Source: Candidatus Kapaibacterium sp.
GTDB lineage: Bacteria; Bacteroidota; Ignavibacteria; Kapaibacteriales; HRBIN21
Direction of reading: 5' to 3'
Length of the DNA stretch: 64,000 nt
Assembly (NCBI GenBank): GCA_025059875.1
Contig: JANXCT010000002.1
Span: 87,910 to 151,909 of the forward strand
The stretch's first letter is position 1; each line of letters starts with the position of its first letter. Under the pieces are notes generated by a model, which did no database searches, was not told the DNA's origin, and saw only the letters and a program-made list of their open reading frames with translations. This document shows, piece after piece, positions 21,463 through 31,268 of the stretch. The position numbers and the translations under genes are program-made.

Positions 21463-24400
21463 ATGCGATATTGGCCGGTATGGTGGTGTGCTATCCTCTT
21501 CAGCGTGGGAACTAATGCCGGAGGGCAGCATCCGGGTGTCAAAGTCATCCTCTCCTCGACGGAGGAGCTTCGGTTTACCTATCACCCAGTGCAGGGGGTT
21601 CCAAAGCACGGTATTCCGGCATTTTTGAGCATCCAAGCAGCAGAGCTGCGTGGGAGATCGTCGGAGGATTGGGTGGTTCCAGTCGTTGAGTTCCCGATTA
21701 CAGTTCCAGGGCCGGATGCACTCGGCGGTATAGAGATACTCAGGGTTGAGAGCTCACGCTCCCAAGGACTGCCGCCAACAGTTCGTGAACTAGCCCTACG
21801 CTGGGGCGGGTCACTGCTAATGGGTCCCGTGCCGGAGCGATGGGCAGAGCTCGTCTACGGCGGCGTAGCTCGGGACCGACATGTGGGGTACGTCCGCTTG
21901 CGTTGTGCTCTTCCCGTTCCTGAGCTTGGGGTGACGGAGGTCCTTCGGGGTATAGAGGTCCGGGTTCGGTTCCTTCCTGAGCGCGCTGTCCCACCACCGA
22001 ACTGGTTGGGGTTAAGGGAACGCCTAGGGATTCGGTGGACGCTGAATGATGAAGTTGCTCATAGCTGGTATGCCAGCGTAGCTGTTCCGCAAGGGCAACG
22101 AGTCGTCCTACAGGGGTGGAGAGAGCTCTCCTCTGGGACATGGCTTCGAGTTAAGGTGCGGGAGGAGGGAGTCTACCGAATTACGGCCGAGCAGCTCCGT
22201 CAGCTCGGTATTCAGATTGCTCCAAACGACATCCCGACACTGAAGCTGTTCGGTACAGGTGGGGAACCGCTGCCGGAGGCTGTTGCCACAGCGTTGGAAG
22301 AGCACGTTGTGGAACAGCCCATTGTGGTCCGCACAACGGCTGATGGACAGCTCTCGGAGATCATCTTCTATGGGGCTGCACCATCAGGCTTTCGGTATCG
22401 AGCCGGAGAGTTTGAGCACTTCGTGAACCCTTACACTGATGCCAACGTCTACCTGCTGACCTGGGGCGGAGGGCCAGGGTTGCGTGCTACGCCCCTCCCA
22501 CCCCCTGCAGCGGACAGTATCTACCGCCCGAGCTCTTTTACCGCTCGACTGTTTCGGGAGGAGGAGCTCTATAACCCCTTCACACTTCCATCAGGGCAGG
22601 ATTGGTTTGGACAGATTGTCGACCCTTCACTCCCAGTGGTCCTCACTACCCCATTGCCGGGATTGGAGCGATCGGGGAAGGTGCGCTATCGGTTCGTCGT
22701 CGTCAATCGTGCAGCGGTACTGGCCCGGTTCCGCGTCTTCGAGAGAGAACGGATGCTATGGGAAGGGAGCCTGCGTGCCACGGCTGGTTACACCGAAGCC
22801 GTAGCCACTGCTCCCATCACAGTGGAAATCCCAGCAGAGCTACTGGCTAGGGAGGAACGCAGTGTGCTTCGGTTCGTCTATACTCCACAGTCAGGCTCAG
22901 GCTTTGGGCACATTGATTGGGTTGAGATCCACTATCCTCGCCGCTTCGCTGCCCACAACGATGTTTTGGAAGTCTTCACTGAGCCTCAGTGGGAAGGTGT
23001 GATTGAGATTAGCATCCCTGGCTTTTCAGACAGGGAGGTTTGGGGCTTTGATGTCACAGACCGGCGCCGTCCACTCCTACTACAGAACTTAGCCCACTCC
23101 TCCGGTACCTTCGTCTTCCGGACCTCCCAAGAGCGCAACCGGCCACGCCGCTTCTTTCTGAGCGCTCGGTTGCTGAGTCCCGAAATCGAGCGGACACAGG
23201 TCGCGGGATTGCGTGACCGTCGTCGAGGAGTGCCATTGGTGATCATCACCCACCCTGCCCTCCAGCAATCTGCTGAGGAATACCGACGCTACCGTGAAGC
23301 TACCGGGCTCCAAGGGATCGTCGTCACTGTGGATGCTATTGCGAATGAGTTCGCAGCAGGGATTGCTGATCCAACGGCTGTGAGGAACTTCTTGACGTTT
23401 GCCCTAACTGCATGGCAGCCTCCGCCGCTCTTTGTCCTCCTCTGGGGAGACGGTCACCACGACTACAAGAACGTCTCAACCCAACAGCCCAACTACGTGC
23501 TAACGTACCAATCCCACATCCCTCAGACCGGCTCGCTCGATGGGCAAATCGTCTACAACGCCATCTTGAGCTACACCACGGACGACTACTACACCTGGCT
23601 TGTAGGTGAGGACCCGCTGCCAGATATCGCCTTGGGCCGAATCCCTATAACTTCCGACGCTGAGGGCCGGTGGATGGTGGATAAAATCCGGAGCTACGAG
23701 CAACGTTCAGCCCCGGGTATCTGGCGGACTACCATCACGCTCGTTGCTGACGACGGACCAACCAGCGGCGGAAGCGACTATACGCTGCACACTGGGCAGA
23801 GTGAGGACCTCAGTCGTCAATTGCCAGCTTTCCTCATCCAGCGGAAGCTCTATCTCGCGGAGTACCCAACAGAGAATGTTCCTGGGGGACGCCGTAAGCC
23901 CAGAGTGACTCAGGACTTGGTAGCATCGGTTAATGCTGGCACAATCCTCCTCAACTGGATCGGTCACGGCAATCCTCGCCTCTGGGCCCACGAACAGGTG
24001 CTAGAGCGAGAGACGACCATTCCACTCTTCCGGAATGCCGACCGGCTCTTCTTCTTGACAGCTGCGACATGTGATTTTGCTCGCTTCGACAATCCGCAGG
24101 TCCCGAGCGGTGCGGAGGCGATGGTACTAAGCCGCTCCGGTGGAGCCATCGGAGTATTTGCTGCATCGCGGCTGGTCTACCCTACCCCGAACGCTGCGAT
24201 TATGAGCCATTTCTACCGTCTACTCTTCCAGCGCCAACCGGACAGTTCTTTCGCTCCCCTAGGGCTTGTCCATATGGCAACAAAGCTGCAGCAGTTCGAT
24301 GCCCTCAACGACCGCAAGTATGTCCTACTGGCAGATCCCACCCTTCGACTCCTCTTCCCCACCGGCTGGCTTAGTGTCGACTCCGTCAACGGGAGGGCTG

Positions 24401-25428
24401 TGACTGACTCGCTTCCACCAGTGGCTGCCTGGTCCCAGCTCCGCCTCAGTGGCCGTGTCCTATCACCGGTGGGACAGCCAGCCGAGCAATTCTCAGGCAC
24501 GCTCTACCTGCTCTTGACCGATGCACCAGTTTCCGTGGCTGTGCCGGAGACCTTCGGCGGGTACACAACCATCCACTCGTTCACGAAGCTTGGAGGTACG
24601 CTGCACCAGGGTATCTATGCTGTCAAAGATGGACGCTGGACGGCTTCATTCGTGATACCGAGCGAGCTGAGCTTCTCTGAACTGCCCGGGAAGTTGTTCG
24701 TGGTTGCCTTTTCTCACGACGGGACAGCCTCTGCAGCAGGTCTCTTCGCTAGCCTTCGGTTCGCTGGGTTCCAAGTGCCGGAGGAGCGGGACACTACAGG
24801 TCCCCGGATTCGGCTCTACCTAGACGATCCAAGCTTCCGCCCTGGAGATGTCGTGCGCACTGTCCCAGAGCTCGTTGCGGAGATATGGGACGAGTCAGGG
24901 ATCCATACTGCGGCAACATTAGGACGCCGCATCGAGGCATGGGTGGATGAGAGCCCGTTCGCGATAGACCTCACCCCGCTATTCCAGCCAATGATCGAGC
25001 GACCAGGAGCTGGAGTTGTTCGCAAGCCTCTCGTCGGACTGGTTCCAGGCCTCCATCGCGTGCGAGTCCGAGCCTGGGATGTCTACGGCAATCCTTCAAC
25101 AGCAGAGACAGTATTTCGGATCCCTTCCCAACCAGGCCTAGAGGCTGCCGATGTGTTCCCGAATCCTGCCACAGGCTTCCCAGTGCGGTTCAGCTTCCTC
25201 TACACTGGTGTAGAGCCACAACAAGCTGAGCTGCTCATTGCCGACTTGCAAGGGAGGATCCTCCACCGACAAGCCTTCCTTGCCCTGCCTACCCGGCGGG
25301 TGGAGATTCTCTGGGATGGGCGCACGAGCGAAGGTACACCCGTAACAACGGGGACTTACGTCTATGGAGTGCGTTTGCGGCCTCCGGCAACTGGTGAGAC
25401 AGTCCGGATATTTCACGTCATTCGATAG
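21463..25428 (+). CDS. porU: Type IX secretion sortase, peptidase C25
   Basis: EEGVYRI, LGRIP, WIGHGN (His), TAATCDF (Cys), DTTGPRIRLY, AWDVYGN, C-terminal CTD. Adjacent to porV. Confidence 0.9.
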   Translation: MRYWPVWWCAILFSVGTNAGGQHPGVKVILSSTEELRFTYHPVQGVPKHGIPAFLSIQAAELRGRSSEDWVVPVVEFPITVPGPDALGGIEILRVESSRSQGLPPTVRELALRWGGSLLMGPVPERWAELVYGGVARDRHVGYVRLRCALPVPELGVTEVLRGIEVRVRFLPERAVPPPNWLGLRERLGIRWTLNDEVAHSWYASVAVPQGQRVVLQGWRELSSGTWLRVKVREEGVYRITAEQLRQLGIQIAPNDIPTLKLFGTGGEPLPEAVATALEEHVVEQPIVVRTTADGQLSEIIFYGAAPSGFRYRAGEFEHFVNPYTDANVYLLTWGGGPGLRATPLPPPAADSIYRPSSFTARLFREEELYNPFTLPSGQDWFGQIVDPSLPVVLTTPLPGLERSGKVRYRFVVVNRAAVLARFRVFERERMLWEGSLRATAGYTEAVATAPITVEIPAELLAREERSVLRFVYTPQSGSGFGHIDWVEIHYPRRFAAHNDVLEVFTEPQWEGVIEISIPGFSDREVWGFDVTDRRRPLLLQNLAHSSGTFVFRTSQERNRPRRFFLSARLLSPEIERTQVAGLRDRRRGVPLVIITHPALQQSAEEYRRYREATGLQGIVVTVDAIANEFAAGIADPTAVRNFLTFALTAWQPPPLFVLLWGDGHHDYKNVSTQQPNYVLTYQSHIPQTGSLDGQIVYNAILSYTTDDYYTWLVGEDPLPDIALGRIPITSDAEGRWMVDKIRSYEQRSAPGIWRTTITLVADDGPTSGGSDYTLHTGQSEDLSRQLPAFLIQRKLYLAEYPTENVPGGRRKPRVTQDLVASVNAGTILLNWIGHGNPRLWAHEQVLERETTIPLFRNADRLFFLTAATCDFARFDNPQVPSGAEAMVLSRSGGAIGVFAASRLVYPTPNAAIMSHFYRLLFQRQPDSSFAPLGLVHMATKLQQFDALNDRKYVLLADPTLRLLFPTGWLSVDSVNGRAVTDSLPPVAAWSQLRLSGRVLSPVGQPAEQFSGTLYLLLTDAPVSVAVPETFGGYTTIHSFTKLGGTLHQGIYAVKDGRWTASFVIPSELSFSELPGKLFVVAFSHDGTASAAGLFASLRFAGFQVPEERDTTGPRIRLYLDDPSFRPGDVVRTVPELVAEIWDESGIHTAATLGRRIEAWVDESPFAIDLTPLFQPMIERPGAGVVRKPLVGLVPGLHRVRVRAWDVYGNPSTAETVFRIPSQPGLEAADVFPNPATGFPVRFSFLYTGVEPQQAELLIADLQGRILHRQAFLALPTRRVEILWDGRTSEGTPVTTGTYVYGVRLRPPATGETVRIFHVIR

Positions 25429-25449
25429 TCCCACAGTGCAGAGACAGCA

Positions 25450-26523
25450 ATGGTCCGCAGGATTCTTGTCATCGCCCTGCTTGTAAGTAGTAGTGTCGTG
25501 GCCTGGGCACAGGCAGGGGCAGCTGCAGTCCCCTTCCTTCTCATAGCCCCCGATGCCCGAGCTAGCGGTATGGGTGAAGCCGGCACAGCACTGGCAGACA
25601 ACATCAACGCCATCTACTGGAATCCGGGGGGCTTGGGCTTTCAGAAGCGACGCCAGATTGCCTTAAGCTTCTCCCGCTGGCTCCCCCAGTTCAACGCCGA
25701 CCTCTTCTACAGTTACGTCACCGCTGGACAGTACCTCCCACAGGTTGATGGCACTGTGGCTGTCAACTTCATCCTCATGAACTTGGGCGAGTTCGTTCGC
25801 ACAGACAACCTCGGGAATGTCCTTGGGACCTTCCGCTCGAACGAGTTCACGTTGGGCGTCTCCTATGGCACCCTGGTTGCCGATGATGTCGGAGCTGGCA
25901 TCCAGCTCCGCTTCATTCGCTCCAACCTGGCACCGGCAGCTCCCGGCGAGTCTGTGGCAGGGGTTGGAACAAGCGGTAGCTTTGACCTTGGGCTGCTGTG
26001 GAAGCCATCGCAGCTCTCGGTAGGTGGCCTTGACCTCGGACGGCGGATCTCCCTTGGGATCAACATCCAGAACATCGGTCCGAAGATCACCTACCGTAAC
26101 GAAGCTGACCCCCTGCCAACCAATCTACGACTGGGCCTAGGGGTACAAGCCGTGAAGGACGAGTTCAACGACCTAAAGTTCGCTGTGGACATCGCCAAAC
26201 TCATGGTACGCCGGGACAGCCTAGGCTCTGACGCCCTACCGACTTCCTTCATCACTGCCTGGCGGAACCCTGGGGTTGAGCTTGCGATGGGGATGGAGTA
26301 TTGGTACCAGCAGACTGTAGCGCTGCGGATAGGATACTTCACAGAGCCTTCCCGGTTGGGTAATCGGCGCTTTATGACTTTTGGGGCAGGCATCCGATAC
26401 GACATGTTTACGCTGGACTTCAACTACATCAACACCATCGAGGAAAACCACCCACTAGCGGGTACGATGCGCTTCTCCCTCTTGGTGGACCTCGGGAGCA
26501 TAGCGGAGGAGGCAGAGGAGTAG
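25450..26523 (+). CDS. porV: Type IX secretion outer-membrane shuttle
   Basis: AVPFLLIAPDARASGMGE, YWNPGGLGF, DPLPTNLRLG, HPLAGTMRFSL. Confidence 0.9.
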   Translation: MVRRILVIALLVSSSVVAWAQAGAAAVPFLLIAPDARASGMGEAGTALADNINAIYWNPGGLGFQKRRQIALSFSRWLPQFNADLFYSYVTAGQYLPQVDGTVAVNFILMNLGEFVRTDNLGNVLGTFRSNEFTLGVSYGTLVADDVGAGIQLRFIRSNLAPAAPGESVAGVGTSGSFDLGLLWKPSQLSVGGLDLGRRISLGINIQNIGPKITYRNEADPLPTNLRLGLGVQAVKDEFNDLKFAVDIAKLMVRRDSLGSDALPTSFITAWRNPGVELAMGMEYWYQQTVALRIGYFTEPSRLGNRRFMTFGAGIRYDMFTLDFNYINTIEENHPLAGTMRFSLLVDLGSIAEEAEE

Positions 26524-26528
26524 GGCTT

Positions 26529-27371
26529 TTAGGGCGTAGGAGCTTGTGCAAAGACGCGCGCTCGGAAATCGCTAGCACTCTGGAGACCCTGTTCCGTAAC
26601 CACAAATGCTACATGCTCCCACGGGGTGCAATCGTAGAGCACCCTTATCTGAGTGAGCGGGCGTGAGGTCAACGGTGGAGCTGTGCCCGCCATTTCTGGA
26701 CTCCAGCGGCGTTGCAGGAGCTTTTCTCCGCAGCTCACAGCCCAGAGAGGCCGATGTTCTAACCACAAGATGTAGGCTAACAGCGCAGTGCCGACCTTGT
26801 GGACGACACCGTCATAGCATAGAGCATCCGAGCCGATGAGGAGGAGGTGTACTTCGGAGATGACAGCGCTTAACTGAGATTCGGCCAGAAGCACGACGGG
26901 GAATCCTGCCGAATGGGCCCATTGAGCTAGTCGAACCCCTTCTCTGCCTGGCTCTGAAAGTGTGCAGAACAAGTGTAAGCGCTTGCCAAGCGTCTTCGCT
27001 TCCTGCAAGAGGAGCCGAACCTGGGAACTAGACGAGTGGAGGAGGAGAGTTGAGCCGTTCGGGATAGCGGATGCTCCAATACGAGCTGCTTCTCGAACGT
27101 GTGACTCAACCAACTGGTAGAATTCCGAGGCTGCATGGACAAAGTCCCTAGCTGTTGATCCAGAGAGATCCTCAAAGCGGAGATAGAGATTCCAGAGGAG
27201 CGCCATTGAAGCGTGCGCCGTAGCCAACCGATGTGCCGCATGGCGGAACTCCTCTGCCGAGGCTCCCTCTGCCGCCATCTTTCGGCAAAGGGCGGTGAAA
27301 CGCCGGAGGAGCTCTGTAGAGCCGTGTCGTCGGTCATTGGCGAGTGCGGAGAGCACTAAAGGCCACTTCAT
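26529..27371 (-). CDS. eIF-2B alpha/beta/delta-like (sugar-phosphate isomerase fold) protein
   Basis: NDRRHGSTEL, LHSSSSQV, SEPGREG, IGSDA, HKVGT, YDCTP...VVTEQG. Confidence 0.7.
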   Translation of the reverse strand: MKWPLVLSALANDRRHGSTELLRRFTALCRKMAAEGASAEEFRHAAHRLATAHASMALLWNLYLRFEDLSGSTARDFVHAASEFYQLVESHVREAARIGASAIPNGSTLLLHSSSSQVRLLLQEAKTLGKRLHLFCTLSEPGREGVRLAQWAHSAGFPVVLLAESQLSAVISEVHLLLIGSDALCYDGVVHKVGTALLAYILWLEHRPLWAVSCGEKLLQRRWSPEMAGTAPPLTSRPLTQIRVLYDCTPWEHVAFVVTEQGLQSASDFRARVFAQAPTP

Positions 27372-28015
27372 CGTAGTACCTCACCTGTCTCCAAGCTCCA
27401 CCAGAGCAAATCCAGTGCTGCTGGTGGGAAGCCCAGCTCGAAGGCAATGCGGCAGAAGAGCCCCTCTGCCTGCTCATATTCCTTAACTGAGCCTGATAGG
27501 CGCACAGTGTAGCCTAAGCGCTGCATCCAGCGTACGACATGTCGGTCGAGGACTGCTAAGTGCCTCTCCCCAGTGTTTCGCAGGAAATGAGAAGCTTCCT
27601 TCATCCCGAATCCGGGTACCTCCACCACGAGTTGGCGCCGCAGTACAGTAACTGGCTGAGGTGTATGACGTAGCTTCCAGAGCCTCGGAAAGAGCTGGTG
27701 CGCCAGGAGAAGGCGGCGAGCTTTCGTGCGGTGGAAGCGGATGTAGTGTGAAGGATCCCGAAGGAGACCCTCTATGTCCTCTAGCGGTAGCGGGTGGCGG
27801 TAGAAGTCGCATCGTCGGAGTTTCTCTATGGCAGCAATCGCATGACTCGCTTTCGTCAGAGCTGTACAGAGACAGTAGCAGAGCTCGTAGAACGTTGCCT
27901 CGGGCTGTTGACCGACAGCAGCAAACTCCTCGAGTCGCTGCTCAATGAGGTGAGCACGCTCAGCGTAGGCCTGCTGGAAGAGGGCTACGAGCTGCCTTGG
28001 TACCAGAGACGACAT
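27368..28015 (-). CDS. ogg: 8-oxoguanine DNA glycosylase/AP lyase (Ogg2, archaeal/thermophile type)
   Basis: ELCYCL, IRFH, HhH GFGMKEASHFLRN, LDRH, LDLLWW..ETGEVLR. Confidence 0.85.
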   Translation of the reverse strand: MSSLVPRQLVALFQQAYAERAHLIEQRLEEFAAVGQQPEATFYELCYCLCTALTKASHAIAAIEKLRRCDFYRHPLPLEDIEGLLRDPSHYIRFHRTKARRLLLAHQLFPRLWKLRHTPQPVTVLRRQLVVEVPGFGMKEASHFLRNTGERHLAVLDRHVVRWMQRLGYTVRLSGSVKEYEQAEGLFCRIAFELGFPPAALDLLWWSLETGEVLR

Positions 28016-28073
28016 GAGGGGGCTGGTCCGTCAAAGACTCCGAGCTCGGTATTCCCGGTGGCGGCGCAGAGAC

Positions 28074-28649
28074 ATGCTCATTGGGTTCTACAAGCCGTAC
28101 GGCGTGCTTTCTCAATTTACGCCGATCTCAGGTTCTCGCTTCCGGACTCTCGCAGAGTTTGGGTTCCCTCCAGGGGTCTATCCAATTGGTCGGCTGGATG
28201 CGGAAAGCGAAGGACTGTTGCTGCTGAGTGATGAACCATGGCTGAACTACCGCCTTCTCCATCCACGCTTCTGCCATCGACGCGTCTACTGGGCGCAGGT
28301 AGAGGGTATCCCCACGGATGAGGAGCTGGAACGACTACGCCAAGGTGTCCGAATTGCCGGCGGATACCGAACCCAACCATGCAAGGCCTGGATCCTCTCT
28401 CCTCCGCCTCCTGTACCACCCCGCACTCCTCCCATCCGTTTCCGCAAAACCATCCCCACCAGTTGGATTGCCCTAGAGCTTACTGAGGGCAAGTATCATC
28501 AAGTCCGCCGAATGACTGCTGCTATCGGACATCCCACCCTTCGGCTCCTGCGGGTACAGATTGGAGACTTCCAACTCTGGACGCTCCGGCCTGGAGAGTG
28601 GCGCATTTTGACACCAGCCGAGCGGGCAGCTGTGCTAGTAGCCCTCTGA
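28074..28649 (+). CDS. rRNA pseudouridine synthase (RsuA/RluE family, no S4 domain)
   Basis: KPYGVLSQF, GRLDAESEGLLLL, EGKYHQVRRMTAAIGHPTLRL. Confidence 0.85.
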   Translation: MLIGFYKPYGVLSQFTPISGSRFRTLAEFGFPPGVYPIGRLDAESEGLLLLSDEPWLNYRLLHPRFCHRRVYWAQVEGIPTDEELERLRQGVRIAGGYRTQPCKAWILSPPPPVPPRTPPIRFRKTIPTSWIALELTEGKYHQVRRMTAAIGHPTLRLLRVQIGDFQLWTLRPGEWRILTPAERAAVLVAL

Positions 28650-28650
28650 G

Positions 28651-29307
28651 CTACAGACCCAGAGCAACCGAGAGCAGTACGGACAGGTATCGTTTCTGCT
28701 CTTCTCCGCTACTCCGCCCTATGAGGTTGGCAATAGCGTACCTGGCCTCTAGACCAAGTCCAACAGGCCCGAGTTGAATTCCCAGCCCTATCCCTGCGTC
28801 AGCCCCTATCCGGTGTTCGTTCCGTGTGCCAAGAACAAGTGGCACGGAGATTTGCCCCCTTTCCAGGTCGGTTGAAGAGTTGAGAATGGTGTAGCTCAGT
28901 TGGGTGCTCAAAGAGAGCCGTACGGCGTATGGTAGGGGAACAAACTCTATTCCCAGACAGATGGGGACGAGGTTCTGCACAGAGACGAGCACCACGAGCG
29001 TATCTCCTGACTGAGGGTCAGTGACATACAGACGGCTAGTTGGGAAGCGGACAAGAGAGATGCTGCTGAGGAAGCGGAAGCGCTCCGAAAGGGCTACGCT
29101 CGTGCGAACCCCAAGCTGATATCCCAGGCGTACGGCTTCCCGCACCAACGACCGTAGTGTGTCCCCAGAGCGGATGTCACGCGTATTGTACACATCGTTG
29201 ATCGCCTCACTAGGGGTTGCCAATCCGCCTAGAAAGGCGACTTGGGTCTGCGGCAGCAACGCTGTGGTTAGGAAACAGAAGCTGAGGGCATAGGCTACTA
29301 ACCGCAT
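28651..29307 (-). CDS. Small outer-membrane beta-barrel protein
   Basis: Signal peptide followed by amphipathic beta-strand pattern (GYQLGVR, GLGLEARY). Confidence 0.55.
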   Translation of the reverse strand: MRLVAYALSFCFLTTALLPQTQVAFLGGLATPSEAINDVYNTRDIRSGDTLRSLVREAVRLGYQLGVRTSVALSERFRFLSSISLVRFPTSRLYVTDPQSGDTLVVLVSVQNLVPICLGIEFVPLPYAVRLSLSTQLSYTILNSSTDLERGQISVPLVLGTRNEHRIGADAGIGLGIQLGPVGLGLEARYAIANLIGRSSGEEQKRYLSVLLSVALGL

Positions 29308-29337
29308 TGCCCCGCTACTGCTAGTTGGACTCCGTCT

Positions 29338-31239
29338 TCACCGCTGCTGTAGTGCAGCCTCTAGCATGTCCTGGAGACTCCGAAAGTACGCTGCGGGATT
29401 GGTATACCCTACCGTCCGGAACTGAACAAGCCCATTGCGGTCAATGAGGACCTGGGTTGGAACAGCGGTCACTCCTAAGCCAACAGGTATGGCGTCGGTT
29501 GGGTCTATGTACACAGGCAGTCCGTCGTAAGCTCCGTCTTGGAGGAAGTTGCGGACCTTGGCAGAGCGGTCTTCCGATGGCTCCCAGACATTAACGGCAA
29601 TGATGTAGACATCTGTCCGGTCTCGGTAGAGCTCCCAGAGCTTCTGCAGGTACGGGAGCGACTCCTTGCATGGACGACACCAGGTCGCCCAGAAGTCTAG
29701 GAGCACGGTCTTGCCACGTAGCTGTGCCAACGTCAGCGTGTCTCCCCGCAGGGAGACAAGCGGAGCAGTAGCAATGGGAGCAGGAACACTCCATTCCAGA
29801 CGCTCGCTCCAGAGCAGTTGGCGGCGACGTACTGCAGCCTGTTCCTGCAGGCGGAACATTTGCTCTTGCAGCTCTAGAGAATCCCGGCGGACGAGCTGGA
29901 GGAAGAGCTCCCGGAACTGGCTCCAGAGAGTATCGCTGTCACGGGAGCTCAGAATTGCCTGGGTACAGACAGCAAAGGCATTCTTGTGCTGCCCTAGGAC
30001 TCGGAAAGCGTCGACAAGCTGCTCGTAGAGTACCACGGGAGCATCTTCGCGGTAGACAGAGAGAGCTTCCTGAAAGCGTTGGATTGCTTCCTCAATCCGC
30101 TTCTGCTGCCGTAGGAGTCGGGCCTCCGTTGCTAAGACCATCCCCTCTAGGAGCCGATTCCCCCGTTCCCATTCAGCACTGCTGACGTACTGAGGCTTCC
30201 GGTGGAGACGGACCAAGCGCTGCTGACTGAAGGCTTGGCGCATCTGACGTACCCACCGCTCAGCTTCTTCGGGGCGATTCTGTTCCAGCCAGTAGTCGGC
30301 AATCTCAGCATAGGCAGCGGCGGGGGCACGAGGAAATTGTCGGGTTACGGCAGCGGCGCTGTCTGGATGGTCGTGCTGGAGGAACGCTCGGACGAGAGCG
30401 AGGTACATCTCCTCGTAGCCGGGCTCCTCTGGCGGGTACATTCGGAGGAAGCGCTGGGCAGTAGCTCTGTACTCCTGAGCAATAGCAGCGCGGTTGAGGC
30501 GGACCGCTAAGATCTCACGGCTCAGCTCCCACTGCGGAAACCTCTGGAGGATGCGCTCTTCCAGCAGCTCCATCCTCCGCCGTTCGCGGAGGCGACCCAA
30601 GGCCCACAGAGCTGCTCGAACGTCAGCAGGATTCGTTTCAGGATATGGCTGCTGCAAGAGCTCCCGGAGTCGTTGCTCTTGGTCTTGCGCACTGATCCGA
30701 CCTAGCCGTCCTTGGACAGCAAGGAGCCAGACGCGAGCAGCAAAGCTCTCTGGGAAGCGTCGCACAGCCTGCTGAAGGAGGCTCTCCGCTTCCCAAAGGT
30801 TCGGAGCCCGCCGCCACCCACCTTCTTGCAGCGTACCAAAACGGGTCAGCGCTGCCTGCAGCAGGGCCCCATGGAGAGGTTCTTCGTGCTCATAGACGAG
30901 GATCTCCCACAGTCGTCCCTGACGTGTATCGAAGAGTCTCTCTGTCCCAACTTTGCAGAGCGCGAAGACGGTTGCTGTGTCCAGCCGGAAGGCAGCAATG
31001 TGCTTCTTCGTGGTGTGCTGGTATTCCAGCGAGATCTCCCGGAGGAAAGGGTAAGCTTCCCCATCACGGAACTCATACACGTACAGCCAGAGATGCTCGC
31101 CAGGAGCGAAACGGCCAGAGTCAGGGGTATACTCAACCGAGATGGAACTACCGCGTTGCGGTCGCTCCGGTGTCAAGCGTAACTCTCCAGTAATCCCGAC
31201 CAATGGGAACGTAAGGAAGCAGAGCAAAAGTGCCTGCAT
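29338..31239 (-). CDS. Secreted TPR protein with C-terminal TlpA/ResA-like thioredoxin domain
   Basis: Helical repeats, then LRGKTVLLDFWATWCRPC and GVTAVPT. Confidence 0.8.
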   Translation of the reverse strand: MQALLLCFLTFPLVGITGELRLTPERPQRGSSISVEYTPDSGRFAPGEHLWLYVYEFRDGEAYPFLREISLEYQHTTKKHIAAFRLDTATVFALCKVGTERLFDTRQGRLWEILVYEHEEPLHGALLQAALTRFGTLQEGGWRRAPNLWEAESLLQQAVRRFPESFAARVWLLAVQGRLGRISAQDQEQRLRELLQQPYPETNPADVRAALWALGRLRERRRMELLEERILQRFPQWELSREILAVRLNRAAIAQEYRATAQRFLRMYPPEEPGYEEMYLALVRAFLQHDHPDSAAAVTRQFPRAPAAAYAEIADYWLEQNRPEEAERWVRQMRQAFSQQRLVRLHRKPQYVSSAEWERGNRLLEGMVLATEARLLRQQKRIEEAIQRFQEALSVYREDAPVVLYEQLVDAFRVLGQHKNAFAVCTQAILSSRDSDTLWSQFRELFLQLVRRDSLELQEQMFRLQEQAAVRRRQLLWSERLEWSVPAPIATAPLVSLRGDTLTLAQLRGKTVLLDFWATWCRPCKESLPYLQKLWELYRDRTDVYIIAVNVWEPSEDRSAKVRNFLQDGAYDGLPVYIDPTDAIPVGLGVTAVPTQVLIDRNGLVQFRTVGYTNPAAYFRSLQDMLEAALQQR

Positions 31240-31268
31240 AGCCCACCTATCCTTCCCCTGTTCTACCT

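Noticed and set aside
28013..28016. Overlapping divergent start codons (CATG) of ogg and the pseudouridine synthase
   Set aside because: The synthase more plausibly starts at 28074, where family similarity begins.
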